Positions 39,142-47,140 of a stretch of DNA of 64,000 nt are shown here, in pieces. The position numbers were made by a program, and so were the translations under genes. Each line of letters opens with the position of its first letter. The first letter of the stretch is position 1. The notes under the pieces are model-generated. The model did not search any database, was not told the DNA's origin, and worked only from the letters and a program-made list of their open reading frames with translations. Origin of the DNA: Thermoplasmata archaeon (lineage in GTDB: Archaea > Thermoplasmatota > Thermoplasmata > Lutacidiplasmatales > UBA184); assembly GCA_035507575.1 (NCBI GenBank), contig DATJNY010000006.1:1930-65929 (forward strand), in the 5' to 3' direction.

Positions 39142-40425
39142 CTAGGCCAGCTCTCGGTGATCGATGATCTCGCCCCGGATCGCGGCCGCCACGGTCGCCG
39201 CCGGCGACATGAGGTAGATCCGCGCCTCCTTGGCGCCCATCCGGCCCGGGAAGTTTCGGTTCGAGGACGACGCGCAGACCTCCTCCGGAGCGAGGATCCC
39301 CATGTTCCCCCCGAAGCAGGCCGAGCAGCTTGAGTTCGTGAATACCGCCCCCGCCTCGGTGAACGTCTCTACGATCCCTTCCCGCAGACACTGCTCGTAG
39401 ATCGAGGTGGATGCGGGCGAGACGATGAATCGCACCCCCTTCGCGACCTGGTGGCCCTTCATCAGGGCGGCGCCCTCGCGGAGGTCCTCGATCCGCGCGT
39501 TGGTGCACGAACCGAGGAACACCTGATCGACCTTGATGTGCTCCCGCGCCACCTCCGGCAACGGCCGCACGTTGTCCGGCGAGTACGGGCAGGCGACCAT
39601 CGGCGGCATGCCGTCGAGGTCGATGTCGACCACGCGCTCGTACTCGGCATCCGAATCGGCGTGCAAGGGATGCATCGCGTGCTTGGCGACCGGGGCGAGA
39701 TAGTCGAACGTCTTCTGATCCGGCTCGACCATCCCGCACTTCGCCCCCATCTCGGTGGTCATGTTGCAGATCGTGAACCGCTCGGGCATCGACAGGGCGC
39801 GGATCGCCGGGCCCGTGAACTCGACGGCCTTGTAGGTCGCGCCCGTCGTCTTGATCTCGCCGAGCACGCGGAGCACGAGGTCCTTCGCCGTCACGCCGGG
39901 GGCGAGCGAGCCGCGTACGCGGATCTGGATCGTCGGAGGTACCTTGAGCCAGAGTTGCCCGAGCGCGAGGACGGCGGCCATCTCGGTCGGGCCGACGCCG
40001 GCGGCGACCGCGCCCATGGCGCCGAGCATGTTCGTGTGGGAGTCGGTCCCGACCGCGAGGTCCCCCGGCACCACCCAGCCGTTCTCGGCGAGGATCTGGT
40101 GGCAGATGCCGTGACGACCGACGTCGTAGAAGTGGGGGAGGCCGGTCTCGGCCGCAAACTTTCGAAGGATGCGATGGAGGACCGCCGCTCCCTCCGTCGA
40201 CGCCGGCACCCAGTGATCGATCGCGATCACGACGCGCTCGGGGTCCCAAACGCGCTCGGCCCCCATCTGGTGGAACGGCCCGACCGTCTGGGCGCCCTGT
40301 TCGTGCATCATCGCGAGATCGACAGTTCCTTCCACGATCTCTCCGGGCACGACCCGCTCCGCCCCCGACGCCCGAGCGAGGATCTTCTCGGCGAGCGTGA
40401 GGCCGTGGCCGTTCGAGCGCGTCAT
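39142..40425 (-). CDS. Aconitase-family isomerase large subunit (LeuC / homoaconitase large subunit type)
   Basis: VAIDHWVP, GTDSHT, GSCTNARIEDL and NSSCSACFGG motifs. 427 aa from the ATG at 40425. Confidence 0.9.
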   Translation of the reverse strand: MTRSNGHGLTLAEKILARASGAERVVPGEIVEGTVDLAMMHEQGAQTVGPFHQMGAERVWDPERVVIAIDHWVPASTEGAAVLHRILRKFAAETGLPHFYDVGRHGICHQILAENGWVVPGDLAVGTDSHTNMLGAMGAVAAGVGPTEMAAVLALGQLWLKVPPTIQIRVRGSLAPGVTAKDLVLRVLGEIKTTGATYKAVEFTGPAIRALSMPERFTICNMTTEMGAKCGMVEPDQKTFDYLAPVAKHAMHPLHADSDAEYERVVDIDLDGMPPMVACPYSPDNVRPLPEVAREHIKVDQVFLGSCTNARIEDLREGAALMKGHQVAKGVRFIVSPASTSIYEQCLREGIVETFTEAGAVFTNSSCSACFGGNMGILAPEEVCASSSNRNFPGRMGAKEARIYLMSPAATVAAAIRGEIIDHRELA

Positions 40426-41669
40426 GCCGCAGGCGCCCCGATGCCGATCGCCTCGACCATCGTCCAGAACTCGTCGTCGGAAAGTCCGGGACGCTCGAAA
40501 AGGTGTCGGTATTCCCGGAGGAATCGATGGAGGTCCGCTTTCGAGCGGGACTCCGTGCTGGTCTTGATGCGTTGCAGGAGCTCGAGCAGGAGCGGGTCCG
40601 GCGCCGCGAATCCCCGTTCCTTGAGCTTTTCGACGACGGCCGCCTTCCCGGTATGTTTTCCGAGGATCATCTGGCGGCGAGCGCCGACGGTCTCGGGTTG
40701 CAGCGGCTCGTAGGTGAGGGTGTTCGCGAGGATACCGTGGGTGTGGATCCCCGCTTCGTGGGAGAACGCGTTGTACCCCACGAGGGCCTTGTTGGCGGCG
40801 ACCGGGATGCCCGAAAGGTCCTCGACCAGTCGGGAGAGCTCGGTGAGCCGTTCGGTCCGGATCCCCGTTCGGATCCCGTAGAGCGCCTCGAGCTCCACGA
40901 CGACCTCCTCGAGCGAGGCGTTGCCGGCGCGCTCGCCCAGGCCGTTCACGCAGACGTGCGGCGCCCGAACTCCGCATTCGAGCGCGGTGAGGGTGTTGGC
41001 CGCGGCCAGTCCGAGATCGTCGTGGCAGTGGACGGAGAGGTCCTTCGGCTGCACTCGACGCTGGAACTCGCGCAAGTACCACCGGAACGTGAGCGGCGTC
41101 ATGATCCCGACCGTGTCCGCGACGACGAGGCGATCCGCGCCCGCGTCCTGGACCTCCCGATAGAGCCGTTCCACGAAATCGAACGGCGCCCGCACCGTGT
41201 CCTCGGTGACGAACGCCGTGTGGAGCCCCGCCTCCTTCGCCTGCCGGACCGTCTTCAGCGACGCGGCCAGCACCTCCTCCTGGCTCATCTTGAGCTTGTA
41301 CCGGAGGTGGACCTGGCTCGCGGCCACGAAGATCGCGATGTGGCTCGCGCCGCTGCGGATGACCGCGTCGACGTCGGCGGGAACCGTGCGCGCCGCGGCG
41401 AGGATCTTCGTCTTCAGTCCCGACGAGGCGAGCAACCGGACCGCGCGCGCCTCCTCCTCGGAGACGACGGGGATCCCCGCATTGACGACGGAGACGCCGA
41501 TGTCAGCGAGGATCGTCGCGACCTCGAGCTTCTCTTCTGGCGAGAAGTGCACGCCGGGCGTCTGCTCCCCGTCGCGCAGCGTCTCATCCCAGAAGACGAT
41601 CGGGTCCGGGATCTCCCGCTCCCGGGCCGTCTCGGTGTGGTAGTTCTCTACGAGGCGGGGCTCCGCCAT
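40422..41669 (-). CDS. 2-isopropylmalate / homocitrate / citramalate synthase family protein, short form without the LeuA regulatory domain
   Basis: DETLRDGEQ and HCHDDLGLAAANT motifs. At 415 aa it has no room for the LeuA-type C-terminal dimerisation/regulatory domain. Confidence 0.85.
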   Translation of the reverse strand: MAEPRLVENYHTETAREREIPDPIVFWDETLRDGEQTPGVHFSPEEKLEVATILADIGVSVVNAGIPVVSEEEARAVRLLASSGLKTKILAAARTVPADVDAVIRSGASHIAIFVAASQVHLRYKLKMSQEEVLAASLKTVRQAKEAGLHTAFVTEDTVRAPFDFVERLYREVQDAGADRLVVADTVGIMTPLTFRWYLREFQRRVQPKDLSVHCHDDLGLAAANTLTALECGVRAPHVCVNGLGERAGNASLEEVVVELEALYGIRTGIRTERLTELSRLVEDLSGIPVAANKALVGYNAFSHEAGIHTHGILANTLTYEPLQPETVGARRQMILGKHTGKAAVVEKLKERGFAAPDPLLLELLQRIKTSTESRSKADLHRFLREYRHLFERPGLSDDEFWTMVEAIGIGAPAA

Positions 41670-41827
41670 CGACCGCTTCTACCCGACGGCAGCGCTTAAC
41701 TCTTGGGCCGGCGCACCGTCCGGTCCCCGCCGGCCGGTCCGATTCCGGCGCGCGCCCGCCTGATGAGTTAAATACGCTCCGGTACTCGAACCGGATACAA
41801 GTCGACCTCGACCTGTTTCTGGAGACC

Positions 41828-43621
41828 ATGACGACTCCCGCTGCGCATACCACCCCGCTGGTCGCCGAGTCCGGCCCCGCGGGCGCTCACCCACCTGCCG
41901 AATTGACCGACCTCAGCGTGATGATCGGAGGGCAGGGTGGGGACGGGACGCTCACCGTCTCGGACCTCCTCGGCCGGTACTTCCGGAAGAACGGTCTCTA
42001 CGTCTACACCTCGCGCAATGTCCTCTCGCGCATCCGAGGGGGACACGCGGACGCCTCCGTTCGCGCCTCGCGGGACCCGGTCTCCGCCGTGAAACCCCAG
42101 GTCGACGTCCTGGTCGCCTTCGACAACGAGGCGGTCGAGATGGGTCGGGCGGAGATGGCCGGCCACGGCTACATCATCTACGACTCGACCGCGTTCCACG
42201 TCGACCTGCCGAACGCCTCCGGATTCCCGTTCGCGACGATGGTCGGCGGGCCGCTCGGCCAACCGATTTTCAAGAATACCGCGGCGTACGGCGCGCTCTC
42301 CGTCCTGCTCGGTTTCGACCCCGTCAAGACCCGGGAAGTGATCGAAGAGCGGTTCAAGCGGCGCGGGGGCGAAGCGCTCGAGAAGAACCTGAAGGCGCTC
42401 GAGATCGGGCGGAAGGCGGCGCTCGAAGCGCCCGGCGTGGCGGGCCGGTTCAGCGTCGCCGAGGGCGACGCCCACGATCTGATCCTGACCACGGGGAACC
42501 AGGCCGTCGCACTCGGCTTCGTCGTCGGCGGCGGGCGGTTCTTCGCGGGATATCCGATCACCCCGGCAACGGAGGTGATGGAGTACCTCCAGCGGTACCT
42601 CCCCGCCTTCGGCGGCATCGTGCGCCAGGCGGAGGACGAACTCGCCGCGGTCAACATGATCATCGGTGCGGCGTACGCGGGCACCCGGGTGATGACGAGC
42701 ACGAGCGGTCCGGGCCTCTCGTTGATGACGGAAGGCATCGGCCACGCCGGCACCGCCGAGATCCCGATCGTTGTCGCCGACTGCCAGCGGGTCGGCCCGA
42801 GCACCGGTCAGCCGACGCGCCACGAGCAGTCGGATCTCTCCCACCTCGCGAACCTCGGGCACGGGGAGTATCCCCGGTTCATCGTCGCGCCGTCGAATCC
42901 CGAGGACTGCTTCCAACTCACGATCGACGCCCTCAACCTCGCCGAAAAGTGGCGGGTGCCGGTGATCCTGCTGCTCGACCAGGCGCTCTGCCAGAACACC
43001 ACCACGAGCGCGCGATTCGACCTTTCGGGCGCCCGCGTCGATCGCGGCAAGCGCATCACCGCCACCGACACCGCGCAACTCACGGAGTACAAGGCCTACA
43101 AGTTCACGGACGACGGGATCAGCCCGTACGCGGCGCCCGGCACTCCGGGTCTCTGGGCCGAGATCACCGGCAACGAGCACGACGAGTGGGGCCACGTGTC
43201 GGTGAACGCGACGAACCGGGTGAAGATGATGAAGAAGCGAATGGGCAAGATGCAGGCGGCGCGGGACGAGTTGCCCGCGTCGCGCCTGTTCGGCGACCCC
43301 CGGGCGAAGATCGGTCTGATCGGCTACGGGAGCACGTCGGGCCCGATCCTCGAGACCCAGTCGATCCTCGCCGCGCGCGGTGTCCCGACCCGGTACCTCC
43401 AGGCGCGCACCGTTTACCCGGTCCCGGTGCACGAGCTCGACCCGTTCCTCCAGTCCGTCGACGTCGCGTACGTCATCGAGCACAACTACACGGGACAGTT
43501 CGCGCGACTCCTGCGGGAGCACCTTCCGTGGCACCACGCGAAGTTCCGCTCGATCCTCAAGTACGACGGCTACACGTTCCGCACGCCGCAGATCATCGGC
43601 GAGATCAAGGAGGCGGCGTAG
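41828..43621 (+). CDS. 2-oxoacid:ferredoxin oxidoreductase alpha subunit (fused gamma-alpha type)
   Basis: The N-terminal gamma-like domain has IGGQGGDG and the alpha domain has FAGYPITPATE. 597 aa. A GGAG Shine-Dalgarno-like element lies upstream, and a GAGTTAAATA box about 55 nt upstream. Confidence 0.85.
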   Translation: MTTPAAHTTPLVAESGPAGAHPPAELTDLSVMIGGQGGDGTLTVSDLLGRYFRKNGLYVYTSRNVLSRIRGGHADASVRASRDPVSAVKPQVDVLVAFDNEAVEMGRAEMAGHGYIIYDSTAFHVDLPNASGFPFATMVGGPLGQPIFKNTAAYGALSVLLGFDPVKTREVIEERFKRRGGEALEKNLKALEIGRKAALEAPGVAGRFSVAEGDAHDLILTTGNQAVALGFVVGGGRFFAGYPITPATEVMEYLQRYLPAFGGIVRQAEDELAAVNMIIGAAYAGTRVMTSTSGPGLSLMTEGIGHAGTAEIPIVVADCQRVGPSTGQPTRHEQSDLSHLANLGHGEYPRFIVAPSNPEDCFQLTIDALNLAEKWRVPVILLLDQALCQNTTTSARFDLSGARVDRGKRITATDTAQLTEYKAYKFTDDGISPYAAPGTPGLWAEITGNEHDEWGHVSVNATNRVKMMKKRMGKMQAARDELPASRLFGDPRAKIGLIGYGSTSGPILETQSILAARGVPTRYLQARTVYPVPVHELDPFLQSVDVAYVIEHNYTGQFARLLREHLPWHHAKFRSILKYDGYTFRTPQIIGEIKEAA

Positions 43622-43622
43622 G

Positions 43623-44489
43623 ATGGTGCAGTCGGCGAAACCCGTCGCCCCGATCTGGTGCCCCGGCTGCGGGGACTTCAGCCTGCTCGCGGCCGTGAAG
43701 AAGGCCGCCGCGAACCTGAAGATCCCGACGCACGACCTGGTCCTCGTCGGCGGGATCGGCTGTTCGGGGTCGATCCACAACTTCCTCGAGGTCAACGGGA
43801 TCCACGCGCTGCACGGTCGACTCCTCGCCCAGGCGGTCGGCGTGAAGCTCGCCAACCCGGATCTGACCGTGGTCGCCGCCGGGGGCGATGGCGACGGCTA
43901 CGCGATCGGGATGGGGCATTTCATGCACGCGTTCAAGAAGAACGCCTCGATCCTCTACATCGTGATGAACAACGAGACGTACGGGCTCACGAAGGGCCAG
44001 CCGTCCCCCACGAGCCAGATCGGCTTCGAGGGGAACGTCGAGGCCCCGTTCGACGCGATCCTGAGCGCGCTGTCGATCCCGGCGCCGAACTTCATCGCCC
44101 GCACGTTCTCCGGCGACCCGAAGACGATGACCGCGGTGCTGGAAGAGGCGATCCGGTTCAACCACGAGCGCCGCGGCTTCGCGTTCGTCGAGGATCTCTC
44201 GCCGTGCGTGACGTACAACGACACGTACAAGCTCTGGCGCGAGAAGGTCGTCGACGTCTCGAAGCTCCCCGGATACGACCCGACCGACCGCAAGACGATG
44301 TTCCGGCTCTACCTCGAGACGACCGAGAGCGGAAAGATCCCGATCGGCGTGATGCACCGTCCGAAGGAGACGGTCCGCGCAGGTCTCGAGACGAAGCTGC
44401 TCGGCGAAGCGAAGGGACCGGCGCGGTCCGAGATCGCCGTCGAGCCGAACCTCGCGGCGTACCAGAAGCTCCTCGCCGGGCTCGCGTAG
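43623..44489 (+). CDS. 2-oxoacid:ferredoxin oxidoreductase beta subunit (TPP-binding)
   Basis: WCPGCGDF, GIGCSG and GGDGDGYAIG motifs. The ATG at 43623 lies 2 nt after the alpha-subunit stop. Confidence 0.9.
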   Translation: MVQSAKPVAPIWCPGCGDFSLLAAVKKAAANLKIPTHDLVLVGGIGCSGSIHNFLEVNGIHALHGRLLAQAVGVKLANPDLTVVAAGGDGDGYAIGMGHFMHAFKKNASILYIVMNNETYGLTKGQPSPTSQIGFEGNVEAPFDAILSALSIPAPNFIARTFSGDPKTMTAVLEEAIRFNHERRGFAFVEDLSPCVTYNDTYKLWREKVVDVSKLPGYDPTDRKTMFRLYLETTESGKIPIGVMHRPKETVRAGLETKLLGEAKGPARSEIAVEPNLAAYQKLLAGLA

Positions 44490-44551
44490 CGCCCCACCGC
44501 CCCCCGGGGGCCTCATCAGCCCGACCGGCGTACCCGAGAGGGGGTGCGGCG

Positions 44552-45862
44552 ATCTGGGTCGGCATCGACGACACGGATAGCCCCCGCGGGGGCTGCACCA
44601 CCTGGGCGCTCACCGAGCTCATCGAGGAGGCCCGGGCGTTCGACCTCGATCTCCTCGGCGAGCCCCGTCTCGTCCGACTGAACCCGAACATCCCGTGGAA
44701 GACCCGGGGCAACGCGGCGCTGGCCGCGCGATTCGGCCTCGGCTCGGGACCGCGGCGCCGTCGGGGAGCGTTGCGGGGAAGCCCGGTCTGGTCGTACGCC
44801 CGCGGCCGCCCCGTCCCGGGGGACCGGATCGGGCCGTGGCTGGAGGCGAGTTGGCAGCGACTGCTTCGGGCCTCCCGCTCCGGAGAGCGGGGAACGGACC
44901 CCGCGCTCGTCGCGGTGGACCGGCGATTGCCGTCCGAACTCTACTGGCGCGCGGTGCGGGAGGTCGTTCCCGTCGCCGAGGCCCGGGCCGCGCTTCGCGC
45001 CGCGGGCGCGATCGTCCGCACCGAGGGTAGCGATCGGGGCCTCGTCGGCGCGAGCGCCGCGGTCGCCTGGCCGGGGCGTCGCAGTACGTGGGAGCTGATC
45101 GCCTACCGCGCGTCCGAGCGTTGGGGGCGCCCACGGGACGTCAGCGCCGCCAGCGTGCGGAAGGTCGCGGGGCGCGAACCGTCGCTGTTTCTCTGCGACG
45201 ACCCCCGGACCCGACGTCTCCTCGTCGCACCGCACACGCCGTGTCCAATCCTCTACGGTCTTCGGGGGACGAGCCCGGAGGGACCCCTGCGGGCCCGTCG
45301 CGGCGTGCGCTCCGAGCCGGTCGAGCGCTGGCTCCTCTTTCGCACCAACCAGGGAACCGGCGACCATCTCGCGCGTCGCCCGATCCGCGACATCCGACCG
45401 TTCATGGGCGCGATCGTCTCGGGGACGGTCCGCGCCGTCCCCAGCGTTCTGGAGGGCGGTCATGTCGCCTTCGAGCTCGAGGGAGCCGAGGGCGACGCGC
45501 TCCCCTGCGTCGCGTTCGAACCGACGAAGTTGCTCCCGCGCGTCGCGCGATCGCTCGCGCCCGGGGACCACCTCCAGGTCTGGGGCAGCCGGGCGAAAGG
45601 TCCCGCACTGCATCTCGAGGGGATCCGCCTCGTTCGCATCGCCCCCCGTTGGGGGCCGGTCCGGCCGCCGCGATGTCCGGGCTGCGATCGGCCGAGCCAC
45701 TCTCTCGGGCGGCAGCGGGGCTACCGCTGCCCCAGCTGCCGGCGTCGGTGGCCGCCCGAAGCGGCACGACGGGTGGCCCGACCCCCCGCGTACCCGCCGG
45801 GCGAATACCACCCCACCGCGTCCGCGCGGCGTCACCTCGCGCCCCGCGCACCCGAACTCTGA
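44552..45862 (+). CDS. tiaS: tRNA(Ile2) 2-agmatinylcytidine synthetase
   Basis: N-terminal signature WVGIDDTDSPRGGCTTW, RLNPNIPWKTRGN, and a C-terminal Zn ribbon (CPGC...CPSC). The start coordinate is provisional because no in-frame ATG/GTG/TTG precedes the conserved N-terminus (see findings). Confidence 0.7.
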   Translation: MWVGIDDTDSPRGGCTTWALTELIEEARAFDLDLLGEPRLVRLNPNIPWKTRGNAALAARFGLGSGPRRRRGALRGSPVWSYARGRPVPGDRIGPWLEASWQRLLRASRSGERGTDPALVAVDRRLPSELYWRAVREVVPVAEARAALRAAGAIVRTEGSDRGLVGASAAVAWPGRRSTWELIAYRASERWGRPRDVSAASVRKVAGREPSLFLCDDPRTRRLLVAPHTPCPILYGLRGTSPEGPLRARRGVRSEPVERWLLFRTNQGTGDHLARRPIRDIRPFMGAIVSGTVRAVPSVLEGGHVAFELEGAEGDALPCVAFEPTKLLPRVARSLAPGDHLQVWGSRAKGPALHLEGIRLVRIAPRWGPVRPPRCPGCDRPSHSLGRQRGYRCPSCRRRWPPEAARRVARPPAYPPGEYHPTASARRHLAPRAPEL

Positions 45863-45894
45863 GCGCCGGACGGCCTTCCGAACGCTTTTGAGCC

Positions 45895-47109
45895 GTGCGC
45901 CGGTACAACACATGGGCGCTCGACGACTTCCCCCGGCCCCCCGCGCCGGGTGGGGGTGCGAGCCCCCGGGTGGTGGAAGCGATGGCGACGTGCCCGGCCT
46001 GCGGCATCGAGGCGTCGCCGGCCAGCGGGGAGTGCCCCCGGTGCCATCTCTCGGCCGCCCTCTTCGATCCCGTCCGCGAGGCCGCGGGAGCCACCAACGA
46101 CTCGGACCCCACGTACCTCCGGACCATCGGCGAGCTGCTCGCCACGGTCGACCTCGCCTCGCCACCGGCCCCCGCGCCCCGGCGCGCGAAGAGTCTGCTC
46201 AGCCGACCCGAACCGGGCGCGGAGATGGGGGACGTCGCCCCGGCGCCGCTCCCGACGAGCCACCATCCTCGGCCGATGGACGCGGCGATCGACCTCCCCC
46301 CGACCCCCCGGAGCACGAGCGCCCTTCCCGAAATGCAACACCGGATCCAGGAGTACCTCTCGGTCGGCCGACGGGTCGGCCTCGATTTCACGGACTTCCA
46401 GGGCCGGGCGTCCGCGGCGTTGACGGCCGGCGACCTCGATTCGCTCGAGGTGCTCGCGCGGGAGATGTTCGTCCACCTCTCGAGCTCGATCGTCGAGGAA
46501 TACGAGTCGCTGCTCGCGCGACGCAACGAGCTCTCGCAGCTGTTGCCGACCGCGAGCGCCGACGTCGAGCTCACCGCGGTCCGGAAGGCGATCGGCGTCG
46601 GCGACCTCGCCGGCGCCGCGCGCCGGCTCGAGCATGTCCGGGACGAGCTGCAGAAGGTCGAGCAGCAGTGGGAGGTCGGCCGGATCCTGGTGACGGAGGG
46701 CGATCTGATGGTCAGCACGATCCGGGAGCTCGGCGGGGACCCGACGCCCGCGGTCGGCCCGCTCGAGGAAGGCCGGAAGCTGTTCGCGGACGGGCGACGC
46801 GCGGACTCGGAACGGGTGCTCGCCCGTGCCGCCGTGGCGCTGTGGACCCTGTTGCAGCCTCGCCTCCTGGCCGAATTGCGCCGCCTCAGCGACCGGTTGC
46901 TCGAAGCGCGGTCGGCCGGCGTCGACGTCGAGCCCGGTATCCGCGAGCTCCGGGGGATCTCCGCCGAGCTCCGGCAGCGGAACTTCGTGGGGACGATCGT
47001 CGCGTACCGCCGGCTGCGGGCCTTCGCCGAACGGGTCGCCGCACCCGGCCCCGAGGGACCGTCGCCCGTCGAGGCGGTCGCGGCCCTCCGTTCGCCTCCG
47101 CCCGCATAG
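45895..47109 (+). CDS. Hypothetical protein: N-terminal zinc ribbon, Pro-rich linker, long alpha-helical C-terminal domain
   Basis: CPACG...CPRCH near the N-terminus is followed by about 240 aa of heptad-like helical sequence. The start is either the GTG at 45895 or the ATG at 45982. Confidence 0.4.
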   Translation: MRRYNTWALDDFPRPPAPGGGASPRVVEAMATCPACGIEASPASGECPRCHLSAALFDPVREAAGATNDSDPTYLRTIGELLATVDLASPPAPAPRRAKSLLSRPEPGAEMGDVAPAPLPTSHHPRPMDAAIDLPPTPRSTSALPEMQHRIQEYLSVGRRVGLDFTDFQGRASAALTAGDLDSLEVLAREMFVHLSSSIVEEYESLLARRNELSQLLPTASADVELTAVRKAIGVGDLAGAARRLEHVRDELQKVEQQWEVGRILVTEGDLMVSTIRELGGDPTPAVGPLEEGRKLFADGRRADSERVLARAAVALWTLLQPRLLAELRRLSDRLLEARSAGVDVEPGIRELRGISAELRQRNFVGTIVAYRRLRAFAERVAAPGPEGPSPVEAVAALRSPPPA

Positions 47110-47140
47110 TCTATAGCGCGGAGCGCTCGTCCGACTCGCC

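Noticed and set aside
41768-43855. 695-aa minus-strand ORF antisense to the oxidoreductase alpha subunit
   Set aside because: It is low-complexity and Arg/Glu/Asp-rich. The opposite strand carries clear GGQGGDG and GYPITPATE motifs.
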